Positions 1-13,836 of a stretch of DNA of 64,000 nt are shown here, in pieces. Position 1 is the first letter of the stretch, and each line of letters begins with the position of its first letter. Position numbers and translations under genes: made by a program. Under the pieces are notes generated by a model. It had not been told where the DNA came from. It saw only the letters and a list, made by a program, of their open reading frames with translations, and made no database searches. The DNA is from Octopus sinensis (Eukaryota), in the NCBI RefSeq assembly GCF_006345805.1, contig NC_042998.1:181970001-182034000 (forward strand), written 5' to 3'.

Positions 1-448
1 TTTGCCTTTCATCCTTTCGGGGTCGATTAAATAAGGACCTGTTACGCACTGGGGTCGATATAATCGATTTAATCTGTTTGTCTGTCCTTGTTTGTCCCTT
101 GTTTGTGTGTAGCCCCTTGTGGGCAGTAAAGAAATAAGAAACAGTGGAAGTCTATTGTGTATATGTATATGATGGACTTCCCCGTTGAAGATGACGAATG
201 AGTGTTCAGCTTTTTATAGTTTATAGGGATCAAATGCTTGTGGCACACATAAGCTCACACTCTCCATCAAATTGACATTGTCTGAACATGCTAGGTGTTG
301 AAGTGATCACAGAGCAACGTGAGATGAAGCGGTTTGCTCCACCCAGAACATCACCCAGTCTAGGAATTGTAATCACAATCGCTAGATTGTGAGTGCAGCA
401 CTCTAACCACTAAGCCATACACTCTCACACATATGTATGTGTATGTGT

Positions 449-712
449 CATCATCATCATCATCGTTTAGCGTCCGTTTTCCATGCTAGCATGGGTTGGA
501 CGGTTCAACTGGGGTCTGGGAAGCCAGAAGGCTGCACCAGGCCCAGTCTGATCTGGCAATGTTTTCTACGGCTTGATGCCCTTCCTAACACCAACCACTC
601 CGTGAGTGTAGTGGGTGCTTTTTACGTGCCAGGCGAGGCTGGCAACGGCCACGAATGGATGGTGCTTTTTACGTGCCACCGGCACGAGGCCAGTTGGGGC
701 GGCGCTGGCAAC
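449..712 (-). mobile_element. RTE 3'-end copy; further copies near 2605, 10251, 10605, 11500, 13370, 27573, 27985, 28790, 29518, 31920, 38610, 41385, 44265, 45050 and 51375
   Basis: Shared GTGGCACGTAAAAAGCACCCACTACACTC...AGGAAGGGCATCCAGC...AACCCATGCTAGCATGG...(GAT)n with the LINE 3' UTR. Confidence 0.85.
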
Positions 713-729
713 ACACACATATGTATATA

Positions 730-788
<59 letters not shown>

Positions 789-1276
789 GTATAGATACAT
801 ATATATGTATCAAGAACAATCTTACTTAGAAATGGATGAGTGCGTTCCGTCATATAATAAATTAATAAATAAAACATATGCATATATACATACATATATG
901 GACGTACCTACCTCTACATGTATATATACACGCATATATGGGTACAGGACACAAAAACGTCGAACACAATGAAAAACGAAAGCATAAACACAAAACCAAG
1001 GAACTGGACATTTTTCTTAAACAACAAAAAAATAGAGTACAGGACAAATAACACAAGGAAAATTCCCCTTCTTCAGTTGCCATGGTTTCATCTACTCTGC
1101 GTTTCGAAGGTGAAGGCGATACGCATCTTTGATAGAAACTTTCCTTTTCGCGAAAAGCAAGTTAAATAAAATTTGAGATCTTTTTGCGGAATATATATAT
1201 GTGTATATACATATATACATATACAGCTATACATATACATGTATATATATACATCTATATATATACATTTGTGAAG

Positions 1277-1349
<73 letters not shown>

Positions 1350-2008
1350 ATGTATATATGTATGCTTGTATATATGTGAGATAATACAGCAGTATCATAT
1401 CTTCTCCACTATTTCAGTTTTACGTGTCAAAAGTGAAACAATAACATCTCACTATTGCAATGTGAGATACTTCTGTTTTAATAGTTTCACTTTCATAATG
1501 AAACTATTAAAGTGAAACTATTAAAGTGAAAGCATCTGATATCACAATAGAGAGATGTTATTGTTTCACTTTTGACACATAATACTGAAAGAGTGGAGAA
1601 GTTATGATATTGCTGTGGGCTCACACTAGGCAAGAAGTTAAAAAATTTTCTTGCCCATGACACTACATGGACCCTAAGTAAGGCATGTGTAAAATTTGAA
1701 TGAAATTGGTTGTGTTGTTCTCAAAGTTTAGGGATTCACACAGACAGACACACATACTCATCTTTATATATATATATATATATATAATAAAATATTAGGG
1801 AATAAGTCCAAACTTACAGGGAAAAATCAGATTTAGGATTGAATACAATTTTATAGTAAAATATTATATTATATTAAATTAGAAATAAAACCACTATTAG
1901 GCAAATCAAACAATGAAAAACTTAAGCCAATACATAAAATTAATTAATTTATATTATTTCAAATATATATCAAAAGTATTAAAAGTTTAATAAAAGATAA
2001 TGAGTAAA

Positions 2009-2073
2009 ACACTACGATCGTTTCATGGCTGTCCAATTCGTTATAATTCGAGTTATGGTTACAGTCAATCTTC

Positions 2074-2079
<6 letters not shown>
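2009..2079 (-). ncRNA. Type I hammerhead ribozyme motif
   Basis: Minus strand: ATAC-CTGAAGA-T-TGACTGT...ACAGCCA-T-GAAA-CGATCG-TA-GTGT; stems I-III pair by eye, GUA triplet; U.U at base of stem II. Confidence 0.7.
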
Positions 2080-2118
<39 letters not shown>

Positions 2119-2213
2119 GTGTATGACCATTTATAGAACACATATCCTATATAAACTCAACAAACAAAGATGGAGAAGAGAAGTTGTTAAAAGTTTTATA
2201 AAATTTTAATCCA

Positions 2214-2319
2214 TACGTACGATTGTTTCGAATGGTAACACAATGTAAGAAACATGGAAAAAATTAAATTAATTATAATTAAATTAATTTAATTACGTAT
2301 TACCATTCTCCTCAGTGCA
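2214..2319 (-). ncRNA. Hammerhead ribozyme motif, degenerate; inverted partner of 3677-3785
   Basis: TGCA-CTGAGGA-GAATGGTAA...TTACCATTC-GAAA-CAATCG-TA-CGTA; perfect 9-bp base of stem II, mismatch in stem I. Confidence 0.6.
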
Positions 2320-2955
2320 AAAAGAATACATCTGAAGGGTAGTATCAGTAGAATATTACGTTGTTACAGAAGACTATATGGAGTCCGTGTCACATAACTG
2401 ATTCAGATATTCATAAAATGATTATGAAAAATGAAATATATATTAACATGCTTAGGTAGTGTTGAATCTAGTTGTGTAAGACCTAAAACTGATTTGGTTA
2501 ACGGATATTTGAAATATAAGTGAAAAAAATTTAAGAAACATTTTCTCTATATGAGGATAATTAATATAGTGAAATACATACCATATAAAGCATTTATCAT
2601 ACTTACTGGCACTTGTGCTGGTGGCACGTGAAAAAACATTCGAGCAAGGTCATTGCCAGTGCTGCTGGATTGGCTCCTGTGCAGGTGGCACATAAAAAAG
2701 CACCATTTGAGCGTGGCTGTTGCCAGTATCGCTTGACTGGCCTCGTGCCGGTGGCACGAAAAGTATCCACTACACTCTCGGAGTGGTTGGCGTTAGTAAG
2801 GGCATCCAGCTGTAGAAATTGTGCCAGATCAGATTGGAGCCTGGTGCAGCCATCTGGTTCGCCAGTCCTTAGTCAAATCGTCCAACCCATGCTAGCATGG
2901 AAAGCAGACATTAAATGATGATGATGATATACACACACACATAGGCACGTACACA

Positions 2956-3007
<52 letters not shown>

Positions 3008-3019
3008 ATATATATATGT

Positions 3020-3404
3020 GGAGGCGCAATGGCTCAGTGGTTAGGGCAGCGGACTCGCGGTCATAGGATCGTGGTTTCGATTCCCAGACCGGGCGTTGTG
3101 AGTGTTTATTGAGCGAAAACACCTAAAAGCTCCACGAGGCTCTGGCAGGGGATGGTGGTGATCCCTGCTGTACTCTTTCACCACAACTTTCTTTCACTCT
3201 TACTTCCTGTTTCTGTTGTGCCTGTATTTCAAGGGGCCGGCCTTGTCACTCTCTGTGTCACGCTGAATATCCCCGAGGACTACGTTAAGGGTGCACGTGT
3301 CTGTGGAGTGCTCAGCCACTTACACGTTAATTTCACGAGCAGGCTGTTCCGTTGATTCGGATCAACCGGAACCCTCATTGTCGTAACCGACGGAGTGCTT
3401 CCAC
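3020..3404 (+). mobile_element. tRNA-derived SINE family B (same head at 19524-19832(-), 20885-21192(+), 45375-45676(-))
   Basis: GGCGCAATGGCTCAGTGGTTAG A box and GGTTTCGATTCCC B box; shared 5' about 190 nt. Confidence 0.85.
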
Positions 3405-3405
3405 C

Positions 3406-3442
<37 letters not shown>

Positions 3443-3676
3443 TACATGCATGTACCCGCACAATATGTGCATATATATCCACATATACATGTGTGTATAC
3501 ATATAAAAAAAATAGGCGTCCAATGGGACATCATAACTATATTTAAATTTATATATGATGAGTGGTATACAATGAAAATAGTTTAAATATCCGAATGAAT
3601 TATGTGACACAGACTCCATACCATCTTCTGTAACAACATAATATTCTTCTGATACTACTTTTCAGATGTATGTTTT

Positions 3677-3785
3677 TGCACTGAGGAGAACGATAATATG
3701 TAATTAAATTAATTTAATTATAATTAATTTAATTTTTTCCATGTATCTTACATGTTGATGTTACCATTCGAAATGATTGTATGCA
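3677..3785 (+). ncRNA. Hammerhead ribozyme motif
   Basis: TGCA-CTGAGGA-GAA...TTC-GAAA-TGATTG-TA-TGCA; stem III looks like a CpG-decayed CGATCG palindrome. Confidence 0.62.
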
Positions 3786-4047
3786 TGGATTAAAATTTTA
3801 TAAAACTTTTAGCATCTTCTCTTCTCCACCTTTAATTGTTTGTTGAGTTTATATAGGATACGTGTTCTATAAATGCTCATAACACACCTTTTACTTGTAA
3901 AATTTCCATATTTTCTTTTAAAATACTTACAATAGTAAGCTACAAATTTAATATGAAGAATTTTATTAGAAATCTAACTTTGAACCCCACCCCAAAGTAA
4001 AAGGATGAAATTGAACTCAACCTTTCTCTCTCTCTCTCTCTCACTCT

Positions 4048-4085
<38 letters not shown>

Positions 4086-4594
4086 ATATGTGTATGTGCA
4101 TCCTTGTGTTTACTCTCCACCCCATCATTTAATAACGGGTATTAGTTTGTTTATGTTCCCTTGATTTAGTGGTTCAGAAAAAGATAAGAGAATAAGTACC
4201 AGACTTTAAAAAAAATATGTATATTTCTGGAGTTGATTTGTTTGACCAAACGTTTCAAGGTGGTGCCCAAGTATGGCCACACACAGTCCAGTGACTGAAA
4301 CAAATAAATGAAGAAGTTGAAAGAAATCATTTGCTACACAAACTTCGGGAAGTCAATCAGTGACTTGGTTACCCATCACTCAAGCGGACAGGAGAGTCAG
4401 ATTGATTTGTATTTCAAAGGAAATGAAACAATCTGGTTCTGAATTTTTACAGAAATTGCTAAAGAAAGCAAGAATTTATATAATAAAATTATACTGGACC
4501 TTGGCATATTATCAGCCATGTTTCTGCTCATAGATAACATAATGTCCTCTTCATATTTTAATCCTGACAAAGATATCTTTCAATATGTATTTAA

Positions 4595-4815
4595 CCCTTT
4601 CATTACCAACCCAGCTGAAACCGGCTCTGGCTCTGAGAACAAATGTCATGTTTTCATAAGTTTTGAATTAAAATCTTCCTCCAAACCTTAGTCACAATTT
4701 ATGTTCCTAACACTGGCTGTATGATAACTAAGTTATTTTATTAAATTCTTTGTTATATTTAAAATTAATTGAAAGAAACACAGAGCATCTCAAAATAAAT
4801 ACAGTAACGAAAGGG
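4595..4815. mobile_element. piggyBac-type MITE
   Basis: TTAA on both sides; TIRs CCCTTTCATTAC / GTAACGAAAGGG. Confidence 0.8.
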
Positions 4816-5469
4816 TTAACCCTTTAGCAATCAGATTCCTCTGTCTTATGGTGATGCTTATTTATCTACATTGTTTTGAATTTATAATACATTATCTTTA
4901 GCTTTGAAATTTCAGTGGATGTGAATGTTTATTTCTAGAATGACATTGTAGGGCAAGTGTGAGAGACTATTAAACCCTTTCCTGATGAGAAATGTACTTT
5001 TTCAGCATAGATTACACATTAGGGACTTTAAGTTGCGGGGGAAAGGAATTGGAAACACAAAGCAATTAGAGGAGTATGGATGTAACTGCATGTTTTACTC
5101 TAGTGCAGGAGGAAATTGAGAAATATAACATGGAAAATAGTTGGGCATTTCTAAGGAGTATTCTGCTGAAAGCGGCTATCTGATCTTTTGGGTGGAGCAG
5201 AGTCTAAGGTAGTCAGCTGGTAATATGGTGATGGGCTTTAAGAGCTATGTGGCTGGTCTGGAAAGTGAGGAAGAAAGTACTTGGCAAGAGTTCATCATCA
5301 TCATCATTTAACATTCCTGTTCAATGCTGGTATGGTTTCTATTACTAGATTTCTTCCTAGTACTAACCACTTTACAAAGTGTACCTAAGTACTTTTTCGT
5401 GGAATTAGCACTAATGAGGTTGTTATGCTGCTTGCAAGACTAAAGTCTTCATCATCATCATTTAGTATC

Positions 5470-5680
5470 TGATACACATAGTTTTTGGTTTTGCCGTTGG
5501 GTGCATAGATGAATAAATTTTCCAGATTTCCAACTCTAGAGCATCAGACATAAGAGCTGTCCATAAGAAAAAGCAGATTCTGTAAGATTAAGGCCTACCA
5601 CTTCCAATGTTTGACCCTGTGCTTTGTTGATCCTCATTGCAAAGCTTAATCTCAGTGGGAATTGTAGCTTTTTGAAATCA
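5470..5680 (-). mobile_element. Helitron Rep/helicase C-terminal fragment
   Basis: FKKLQFPLRLSFAMRINKAQGQTL...FSYGQL then APNGKTKNYV, a PIF1-like helicase end typical of Helitrons. Confidence 0.8.
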
Positions 5681-6117
5681 ATGTAGTGGTTCTTCCAGGG
5701 ATGGTAATGACCCCTTAGGAGGTTGTGAGCTGACAGGGTGATGGAAAATGTCATGGGGGTACAATGGTGTTTAGAGAGGTCATGATTTTTTTCCAGAGAA
5801 AATGTATTTAATTCAGGTACAACTCTTTTACTTTGTTTCAGTCATTTGACTTTGGCCATGCTGGAGCACATTCAAGGGTTTTAATTGAACAAATTAACTC
5901 CAGGATTTATTTCTTAAGCCTACTACTTATTCTATCAGTCTCTTTTGCTAAACTGCTTCTTTCAGTTTCTGTCTACCAAATCTACTCACAAGGCTTTTAG
6001 TTGACCCGAGGCTATAATAGAAGACTTACCCCAGGTTCTACACAGTGAGACTGAACCCAGAATCATGTGATTGGGAATCAAGGTTCTTGCCACACAGCCA
6101 TGCTTGCACCTGATATT

Positions 6118-6302
6118 TTAACCCTTTAATATTGAAACTGATGAGATTAGGTCTTTCACACTTGCCCTACAATGTCATTCTAGAAATAAACATTCACATT
6201 CACTGAAATTTCAAAGCTAAAGATAATGTATTATAAATTCAAAACTACGTAGTTAAATAAGCATTACCATATGACAGAGTAATCTGATTGTTAAAAGGTT
6301 AA
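6118..6302. mobile_element. Second piggyBac-type MITE family (also near 4820-4970, 10079-10520, 23840-24005, 42159-42375)
   Basis: TTAA-CCCTTTA...TAAAAGG-TTAA ends and shared ACAATGTCATTCTA core. Confidence 0.65.
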
Positions 6303-8250
6303 ATATATATTGAAAGATATCTTTGTCAGGATTAAAATATGAAGAGGATATTATGTTATCTATGAGCAGAAACATGGCTGATAATATGCTAAGGTCCAGT
6401 ATAATTTTATTATATAAATTCTTGCCTTCTTTAGTAATTTCTGTAAAAATTTATAGTACAGGGGTTACTAGTGCATGCAATTATCACTTTGGATGGAACA
6501 ATAGATTACTGTAAAATTAGCTTCTGTTTGATGTAAAAAAATTTTTTGTGTGCAAAATATCTATAAAATGCAATTCCATGAAAAGGGGACACTGAACTTC
6601 AAAAGATTGACAGGCTTAGGTCTGTCATGAACTTTAAGACTCATAAGGCCAGGGCTTAATCCAGTTTCCATGTTATATACTTGACTGAAGTTACAACATT
6701 CCCCTTTAATGGGATGCCAGACTGTCACAGGTTTAACTTCCCAGCTATTGTGGGAACTCATTTATGGCTGAGTGGACTAGAACAGCATGAAATGAAGTGT
6801 TTTGCTCAAGAACACCACACACTGCTCGGTCTAGGAACTGAAACTGTGATCTTATGATTGTGAGTGCAACACCCCAACCATTAGGCCATGTATTTTCACA
6901 CAAAAGGTTAAGAGCTATCAATCAATTGCATGTTTAATGTTAGCCTGAGAAACAGAGCACAACTAGATGGATAGTTAGGAAGATAGGAATAACTAGCTAG
7001 CTAGACAGATAGATAGATAGAGAGAGAGAGAGAGGCTGGGTATGAAAGCCATCATCCTGAGGTATACAGTAGAGTTGCTTGCTCTGGTATGTGATGCAAG
7101 TGGGTGTGTTGGAATGTACTAGTGGAATGGTCTGATTTTAGAATGCTGAAATCAGACCACTCAGCTTGTCTTAACATCGCAAACAGCATTAAAAAGATGA
7201 TAATGAGATATTATTTTTTGTAAACAAGTCCTATTCTGTCCTTTACAATCAACATTAGAAAATTACTTTCATTTTCTTACTTTATGACCTTTCTTTTTAC
7301 ATTATACAACTGTTGATCCTGGTCAGGCAGGTTTCTTTTTTTCACTTGGAAAATTTATGCTAATATGGGACGTTTATGCGGCATAGGATTTGAAAATCAT
7401 ACAATTAAAAACTGTGTGATACCTTTTGTGATTAAGGTTATATAATAATAAGTGAATGCATAAGGAAAATTTTCTTCTCAGCTGCATTAGCAACAGAGCA
7501 AGTGTATAAACAGTTCTAATTGCATTATCTGCACTAACCAGAACTAAGCCTATTTTGTACTGAGTGACTTGCCTGACTTTGTAGTAACCAGCTACCGTAG
7601 ACATCAACTTGAACATTGATAGTATATCTCAGGGTTTGATCATTATTGAAGAGGCTCTTTATCTGTAGATAGTAATTAGCAATGTTATTAAAAAACAATT
7701 ACAACAGTAATGTACTTTACTTCTCCCCTTTTTTTATGAATATAACACAAACCATCAAACTCTATTTATGATAAGGCCAGTCAGTCTCCAACAGCTTCAT
7801 ATAGAGACCTTATTGTGTATTCTGTGCAGAATCAGTCTTCATTAACTTCATATAGAGATCCTACATTGTTCATATAGCTGAAATTATACAATAATATAAT
7901 ATATATATACACACACACATATGAGAGGGATGACCTCTATGTGGACAACCCTTATGCTAGAAGTAGATCCGCTCGGGTCTTACCACTAAGAAATGTTCTC
8001 AAGAATAATTCAGCAAACACAAAACGTAATCGAGCAAGACAAAAGAAAAGCAATAAAAATATGGATTATTCACGTACATGTTTCACTATTAACATATTAC
8101 GTATTTTACTTACGTAAATGTTTGTAGATCTTTGGTGTATATATATATATCAATAATAATATAGGGTGAAATTAATTAATTTGGAATAATCATTAATTTC
8201 ACCAAGTAGATTTCGGCATGTAAAAGCCCCATTCAAGGAAGGTTTAAGTA

Positions 8251-8423
8251 ATACTAAGTAATTAAGGGTTTAGCAACAACTTGCCTCACCACACACCGAA
8301 TTTAGAAATAGCAGTCAAAGAGTTATGGCTATTAAGTAGAAAGAATAGCCATAACTCTTTGACTGCTATTTTTAAATTCGGTGTGTGGTGAGGCAAATCG
8401 TTGCTAAACCCTTAATTACTTAG

Positions 8424-8426
<3 letters not shown>
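8251..8426. repeat. Hairpin with 83-bp arms and 10-nt loop
   Basis: 8251-8333 is the reverse complement of 8344-8426 with a few mismatches. Confidence 0.9.
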
Positions 8427-8492
<66 letters not shown>

Positions 8493-8506
8493 TACACATA
8501 CATATA

Positions 8507-9793
8507 GAGGGTGCAATGAATAAATTGTCATCTAAATTACACAAAAATGAAAATAACACTGACATCTCATTTTATCAGATATATTTACCAAAATTACATA
8601 AAAATATCTTGAGATGCTAAAGAGTAAACTAATTCAGTAAAATCGCCATTGGCTTCAACTACAGTCTCAGGACAACTTAGGAATCTCCTGCAACTCTTCT
8701 AGACAGTCTCCTTATTTAAGTTGGTGAATGCTGCCTTCACTTCAACTTTGGTGTTACAAGGAGTTTTGTTGGTCTCTCACTGTGCCCCACATATAATAAT
8801 CAAAGGGGTTGCAGTCTGGGGAGTTAGGCGGCCAGATGTTAGGGGTGATGTGGATTCAGAAATTGTCTGACAGCCATGACTGGGTTCTTCTACATATGTG
8901 GCATGATGCAAAGTCCTGTTGCCAGACAAAGGGTCTTTCAGCAGCCACCTTCTTGACCCAGGACAGCACTACCTCCACGCATTTGATGTAGGCCTCCATG
9001 TTGAGCCTGAGGCTGCGTAGGCAGATGAATGGAGGCATGACGTCACCATCAATAGAGATCACTCCAAACACCATGATGTTGACTGGATGTTTGATTTTTA
9101 TCACTCTTGGTACATGTTTTGGGGACACGGCAAGCCAACAGTTGTTCTGTGTGTTCACCATCTGATACTAGCAGAAATTTTTCTCATCTGAGAAAAACCA
9201 AAGCATGTTCGGTTGGAGGGCATGCTTGAGTTTGATCAAAAGCTTTGTAGCATGGTCTTTCCTCTTGTCCTTGATGGCTTGGGATAAAAATTGGCCCTTT
9301 CTCTTGTATAAGGAATCTTGTATAAGGAATACCAAATGTCTTCATACTCTACCTGTCTGCTAAGAAACTCAGACACTCCCATATTCCTAGCGATGGACCT
9401 GATTGACTTGGGGGGTTGTTGTCAATCATGGCCTGGATTTCACCAACAAATTCAGGAGTTCTTATCAGAACAATCAGTGAGTTTTCCAACCCACCGTCTC
9501 TTCGTAATCACCATTAGACTCATTCAACTCTTTCCAAATCCTCTGCACTATCCTCAGATTGACTCCCAAACATTCTAAAATGTTCATATTGGAGCTTCTG
9601 CTGCGAATGCCAAGCACTACAGCGTGTAGTTTCCAAATATCTAACAGAGTGAATTGTGTCAGGATGCTGTTTTTCTCAAAGACAGTGCCCAACTGACCCT
9701 ACCATACTATGTAGTCAACAAAATCAAAAACAAACAATGTGCATGCGCAAAATTAAAAATATGAAATGGCAACAATTTACCCATTGCACCCTA
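8507..9793 (-). mobile_element. Tc1/mariner DD37D (maT-type) transposon, defective
   Basis: Imperfect TIRs AGGGTGCAATG..TAAATTGT; FSDEK, WQQD-37aa-D (WPPNSPDCNPFDY); internal stops. Confidence 0.85.
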
Positions 9794-12700
9794 TGTATAT
9801 AATTGTGCTGCCAAGTGGAGGAGGGTGCAGCTTTGATCTAGAAAAGGAAACAACATTAATGTTGGATTCCTAAATCTTCATTAATCTTAATTACTGCTAC
9901 CATCATGTAGTCTAAACATACAATTATCGCTTAGTTTTATTTACATGTTGTTTTTACTAATCTATGCTTAATCTAGTATATTTTCCAATTGTGTTTTCTT
10001 TCAGTGAGTAATGGAGCACATATACTATGCAGTTTTACTTATTACTGTATTGCTATCATCTTTATTTTATATTTATTTTAATCCTTTAGCATTTAAACCA
10101 GCCATTTCCAGCCGAAATATTCTACCTGTTTTGTGTTCAAACTGACAAGATCCAGCCTCTTACACTTGCCTTACAATGTCATTCTAAAAATATAATCATA
10201 TCATTGAAATTCCAAATGTATGGGATAATACATGATTAATTCAAAGCAGTCATCATCATCATCATTTAGCGTCCGCTTTCCATGCTAGCATGGGTTGGAC
10301 GGTTCAACTGGGGTCTGTGAAGCTGGAAGGCTTCGTCAGGCCCAGTCAGATCTGGCAGTGTTTCTATGCTGGATGCCCTTCCTAACGCCAACCACTCCGT
10401 GAGTGTAGTGGGTGCTTTTTACGTGCCACCCGCACAGGTGCCAGACAGAGCTGGCAAACGGCCAGTGTAAATAAATAAGCATTTTATTTGGCAGAGTAAT
10501 CTGAATGCTAAAAGGGTTATCTTAGGTAAACAGTAATCAATCATGCTCTAATATTTTTTTTAAAAGATTGTGTCATTTAACAAAGATTTTTGCTGTTAGT
10601 TTTCATCATCATCACCATCAACGTCCACTTTCCATGCTAGCATGGGTTGGACGATTTGACTGAGGGCTGGTGAACCAGATGGCTGCACCCGGCTCCAATC
10701 TTTATCTGGCAGAGTTTCTACAACTGGATGCCCTTCCTAGTAATCATGAAGAAGCTGTTTCATGTGTTGTGTGATTTTAGTTCAGCTTCTATGTAGTCAG
10801 AAATATTCTAGCTGCAACTATCCCATATACAGACTAGGGGCATTTGGCTGCTGATTTTAGTTACTGTAGAAGCTGACTGTACTGATTATTGTAAAAGTTA
10901 CTTAAATTTCATGATTTTTGTGATAAGTAACGTTACATGTGTTTGTTTGCTTAGTTCTTTTTGTTAGTTTTATTGTAACTGGACTTGCAAGCCTTGCCAG
11001 AACACTGTCAGTATGTGGATGCCATTTGTTTTAATATCAGTCACTTTTACAGAAAACCCCTAATACACTGTAAAGTGATTGGTGTTAGGAAGGGTATCCA
11101 ACCATTAGAAACCTATCCTAAATAGAATGGGAGCATATCGTGATTCCATGACCTGTCTAGAGTGGGAGCCAACTCAGAGTGTGGAAACTCATCTAACCCA
11201 TGCCAGCATGGAAAGCAGACATCAAACAAATCACATTTTCATGAAAGCACTATTTAATCACATGGCTTAGATAGCAGCTAAATTGTATTTCCATCATGAT
11301 TATAGGAGGAACATATTTAGATTATGTTGTCCCAGATAAGTTTCTAAAATATGGCCTAGAAAAATTTCTACTTCATCACTTTGTATGAAACTGTTGTGGT
11401 TGGCTCACAAAGTACAAAACAAGGGCTTTTCCACTACAGAAAGTGTATAGTGTGTTCATTAATTCAATGTTGGGTGTTAGTAGATTGTAGAGTTCTGGTG
11501 TTATGTAAAAAAAAAGCACCCAGTACACTCTGTAAAACAGCTGGTATTAGGAAGGGTATCCAGCTGTAGAAAACAGGCCAAAACAGACAACTGGATCCTG
11601 GTGCATCCCTCTGGTTTGCCAACTCCTGTCAAACTGTCCAACCCATGCCAGCATGGAAAATAGACATTAAACGGACAGCATGGAAGGCAGATGTTAAATG
11701 ATGATGATTGATGATGATACATGAGCAAATATGGTAGTTAAAATTCATGCCCCTGCTCTCTAAAATATAGAAATAGTTAATCGCTTCCTCCTAAAAAGGT
11801 ACTAATTTAATCTCTCTCTGTAAAGAATGAGCTTGATAAATTACATTAAAAAAAAATGTTCAAGTTACAAAAGTGAATGTTACTTAAATCGTGAGTTGAG
11901 AAAATATGTAAATATTTGCAACATCAAGGCATGTCTTGAATTGTTTTAATAACTAGGGATGGAGAATGAAGTTATTCTTTCTGAATGTTATATGATATGC
12001 AAAGAGATATGTCTAGATATGCAAATGAGATCTTGTGCTGGAGTACTATCTACATTGCAAACAAAAGTAGTTCTTAATTCCACGAAGGGTTTGTTTGTTT
12101 ACATAATTCTTTTATTCTTTCATGTTTCAGCCCCCATGGTTGTGGCCATGCTGGGGCACCGCCAGTAGTGAAATAAAATTGATAACATGTTCATTTGCAG
12201 TACTACAACTGAATCATATACTGAGTTGTAATATCTGGAAATCTAATTCTCATAATTGTCAGAACATAGCTTACAATTAGTGAAAGTTCAACAGTGCTTT
12301 AGAAAACAAATACCCCCCCCCCAAAAAAAAACCCCAAAAAACAAAAGAAAAGCAATTTTTAGTCAACAAAATAGAAATTCTATTAGGTCATAATTCCATA
12401 TGTTCATAAGTAGGGTTCACTTTTATAAAACTACTGAGATTACTAATAGGGAAGGGAGGTTTTATAATCTCTTTATTTTGATTCTTGAAATTATTTATTT
12501 AGAAGTTTATATACTTATTTTAGAAATGGTAGAGTTTTTCACATATAACTTGTTGACTTTTTATTTTCTCCAGAAAAAAAAAAAAGAAAAGTATCATGTG
12601 AATGATATTGGCTCTAGGGGATTTGTTTTATTTTCCATTTTCCCATGCTTGCATAGGTTCAGTCAGGTAGTTATTTAAGGCAGGATTTTGTGACCAGGTG

Positions 12701-13792
12701 CTCTTCCTATTATTTACTCTCACATGTTTTTCGGTGAAGAATTATTTATTCCAGAGGACCTCAGTGGTCATAATCTCGACATGAAATGTTAACATTACTA
12801 CCTCTTTACACAACCAGTGATAAGCATGGAATCAGCATACACACACATGCATGCATGCACACACACACACTCACACCTACAAACAGAAAACACACACACA
12901 TATGACAGGCTTCTTTCAGTTTCTGTCTACCAAATTCTCACAATGGATATTGATTGGCCTGGGACTCTAATAGAAGGTGCCTAAGTGTCTGAACACAAAC
13001 CACATATTCATTTCTGAATAAAACTGGAAAATTCAGCTGACAAAGTGGCCTTTTAAAGTTTTCTGTGAAATTCACAAAAAATGAAAGTATTACGGCTAGA
13101 AAAACTGACAGGTCAATCACACCAGTCCCTGGGAAACAAATTCATATTGAGGTTATCTAAGAATACAATTGAATGTGAGAAAGCATTTTGTCTATCTGTG
13201 GGAATAATTGCTTTTGATCTTGTTTTAATCTTCTAAAAGCATTACTTATGGTGAAACAAAGAATTTCTGTGTTGTCGCATAGATGTAGTTTTGAAATCCT
13301 CCTCAACAAGACACCCCCCCACCAATGTCCTCACATATCTACTGTAACCCCATGCCCTTGGGGACACGATTAGTGCTAGTACCACATAAAAAATCAGCCA
13401 GTACACTCTGTAAAGTGATTGACATTAGGAATAGCATCAAGCTGTAGAAACCATGCCAGAATAGACAATAAAACCTGATGTGGCCCCTGGCCTTGCCAGC
13501 TCCTGTCAAACTGTCCAACTCCTTACCAACATGGAAAACAGGCATTAAATGATGGTGATGATATATATTAGTATATTAGTTTTTATTATAATCAGTAGAA
13601 GTTACAGAGTAACTCTAGGGCTGAGAGTTCCTTTTATTGGTCCTTATCAAAAGATGTACAACACATGATACTTTTGGCGCATGAGCCACTCTGTAACTTT
13701 CGCCAATTATTAGTAAAAATGTATATATACTCATGTTTCGAGTTCTGTTTTCCTATTTATCTGTTTGTATCACCAAACATGCATGTATGCAT

Positions 13793-13836
<44 letters not shown>

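Noticed and set aside
3020-3095. tRNA gene
   Set aside because: A and B boxes present but no complete cloverleaf; continues into a SINE body
437-3619. Many ORFs rich in IYIY, THTH or CVCV (and similar ORFs across the window)
   Set aside because: Translations of microsatellites and SINE/LINE tails, not genes
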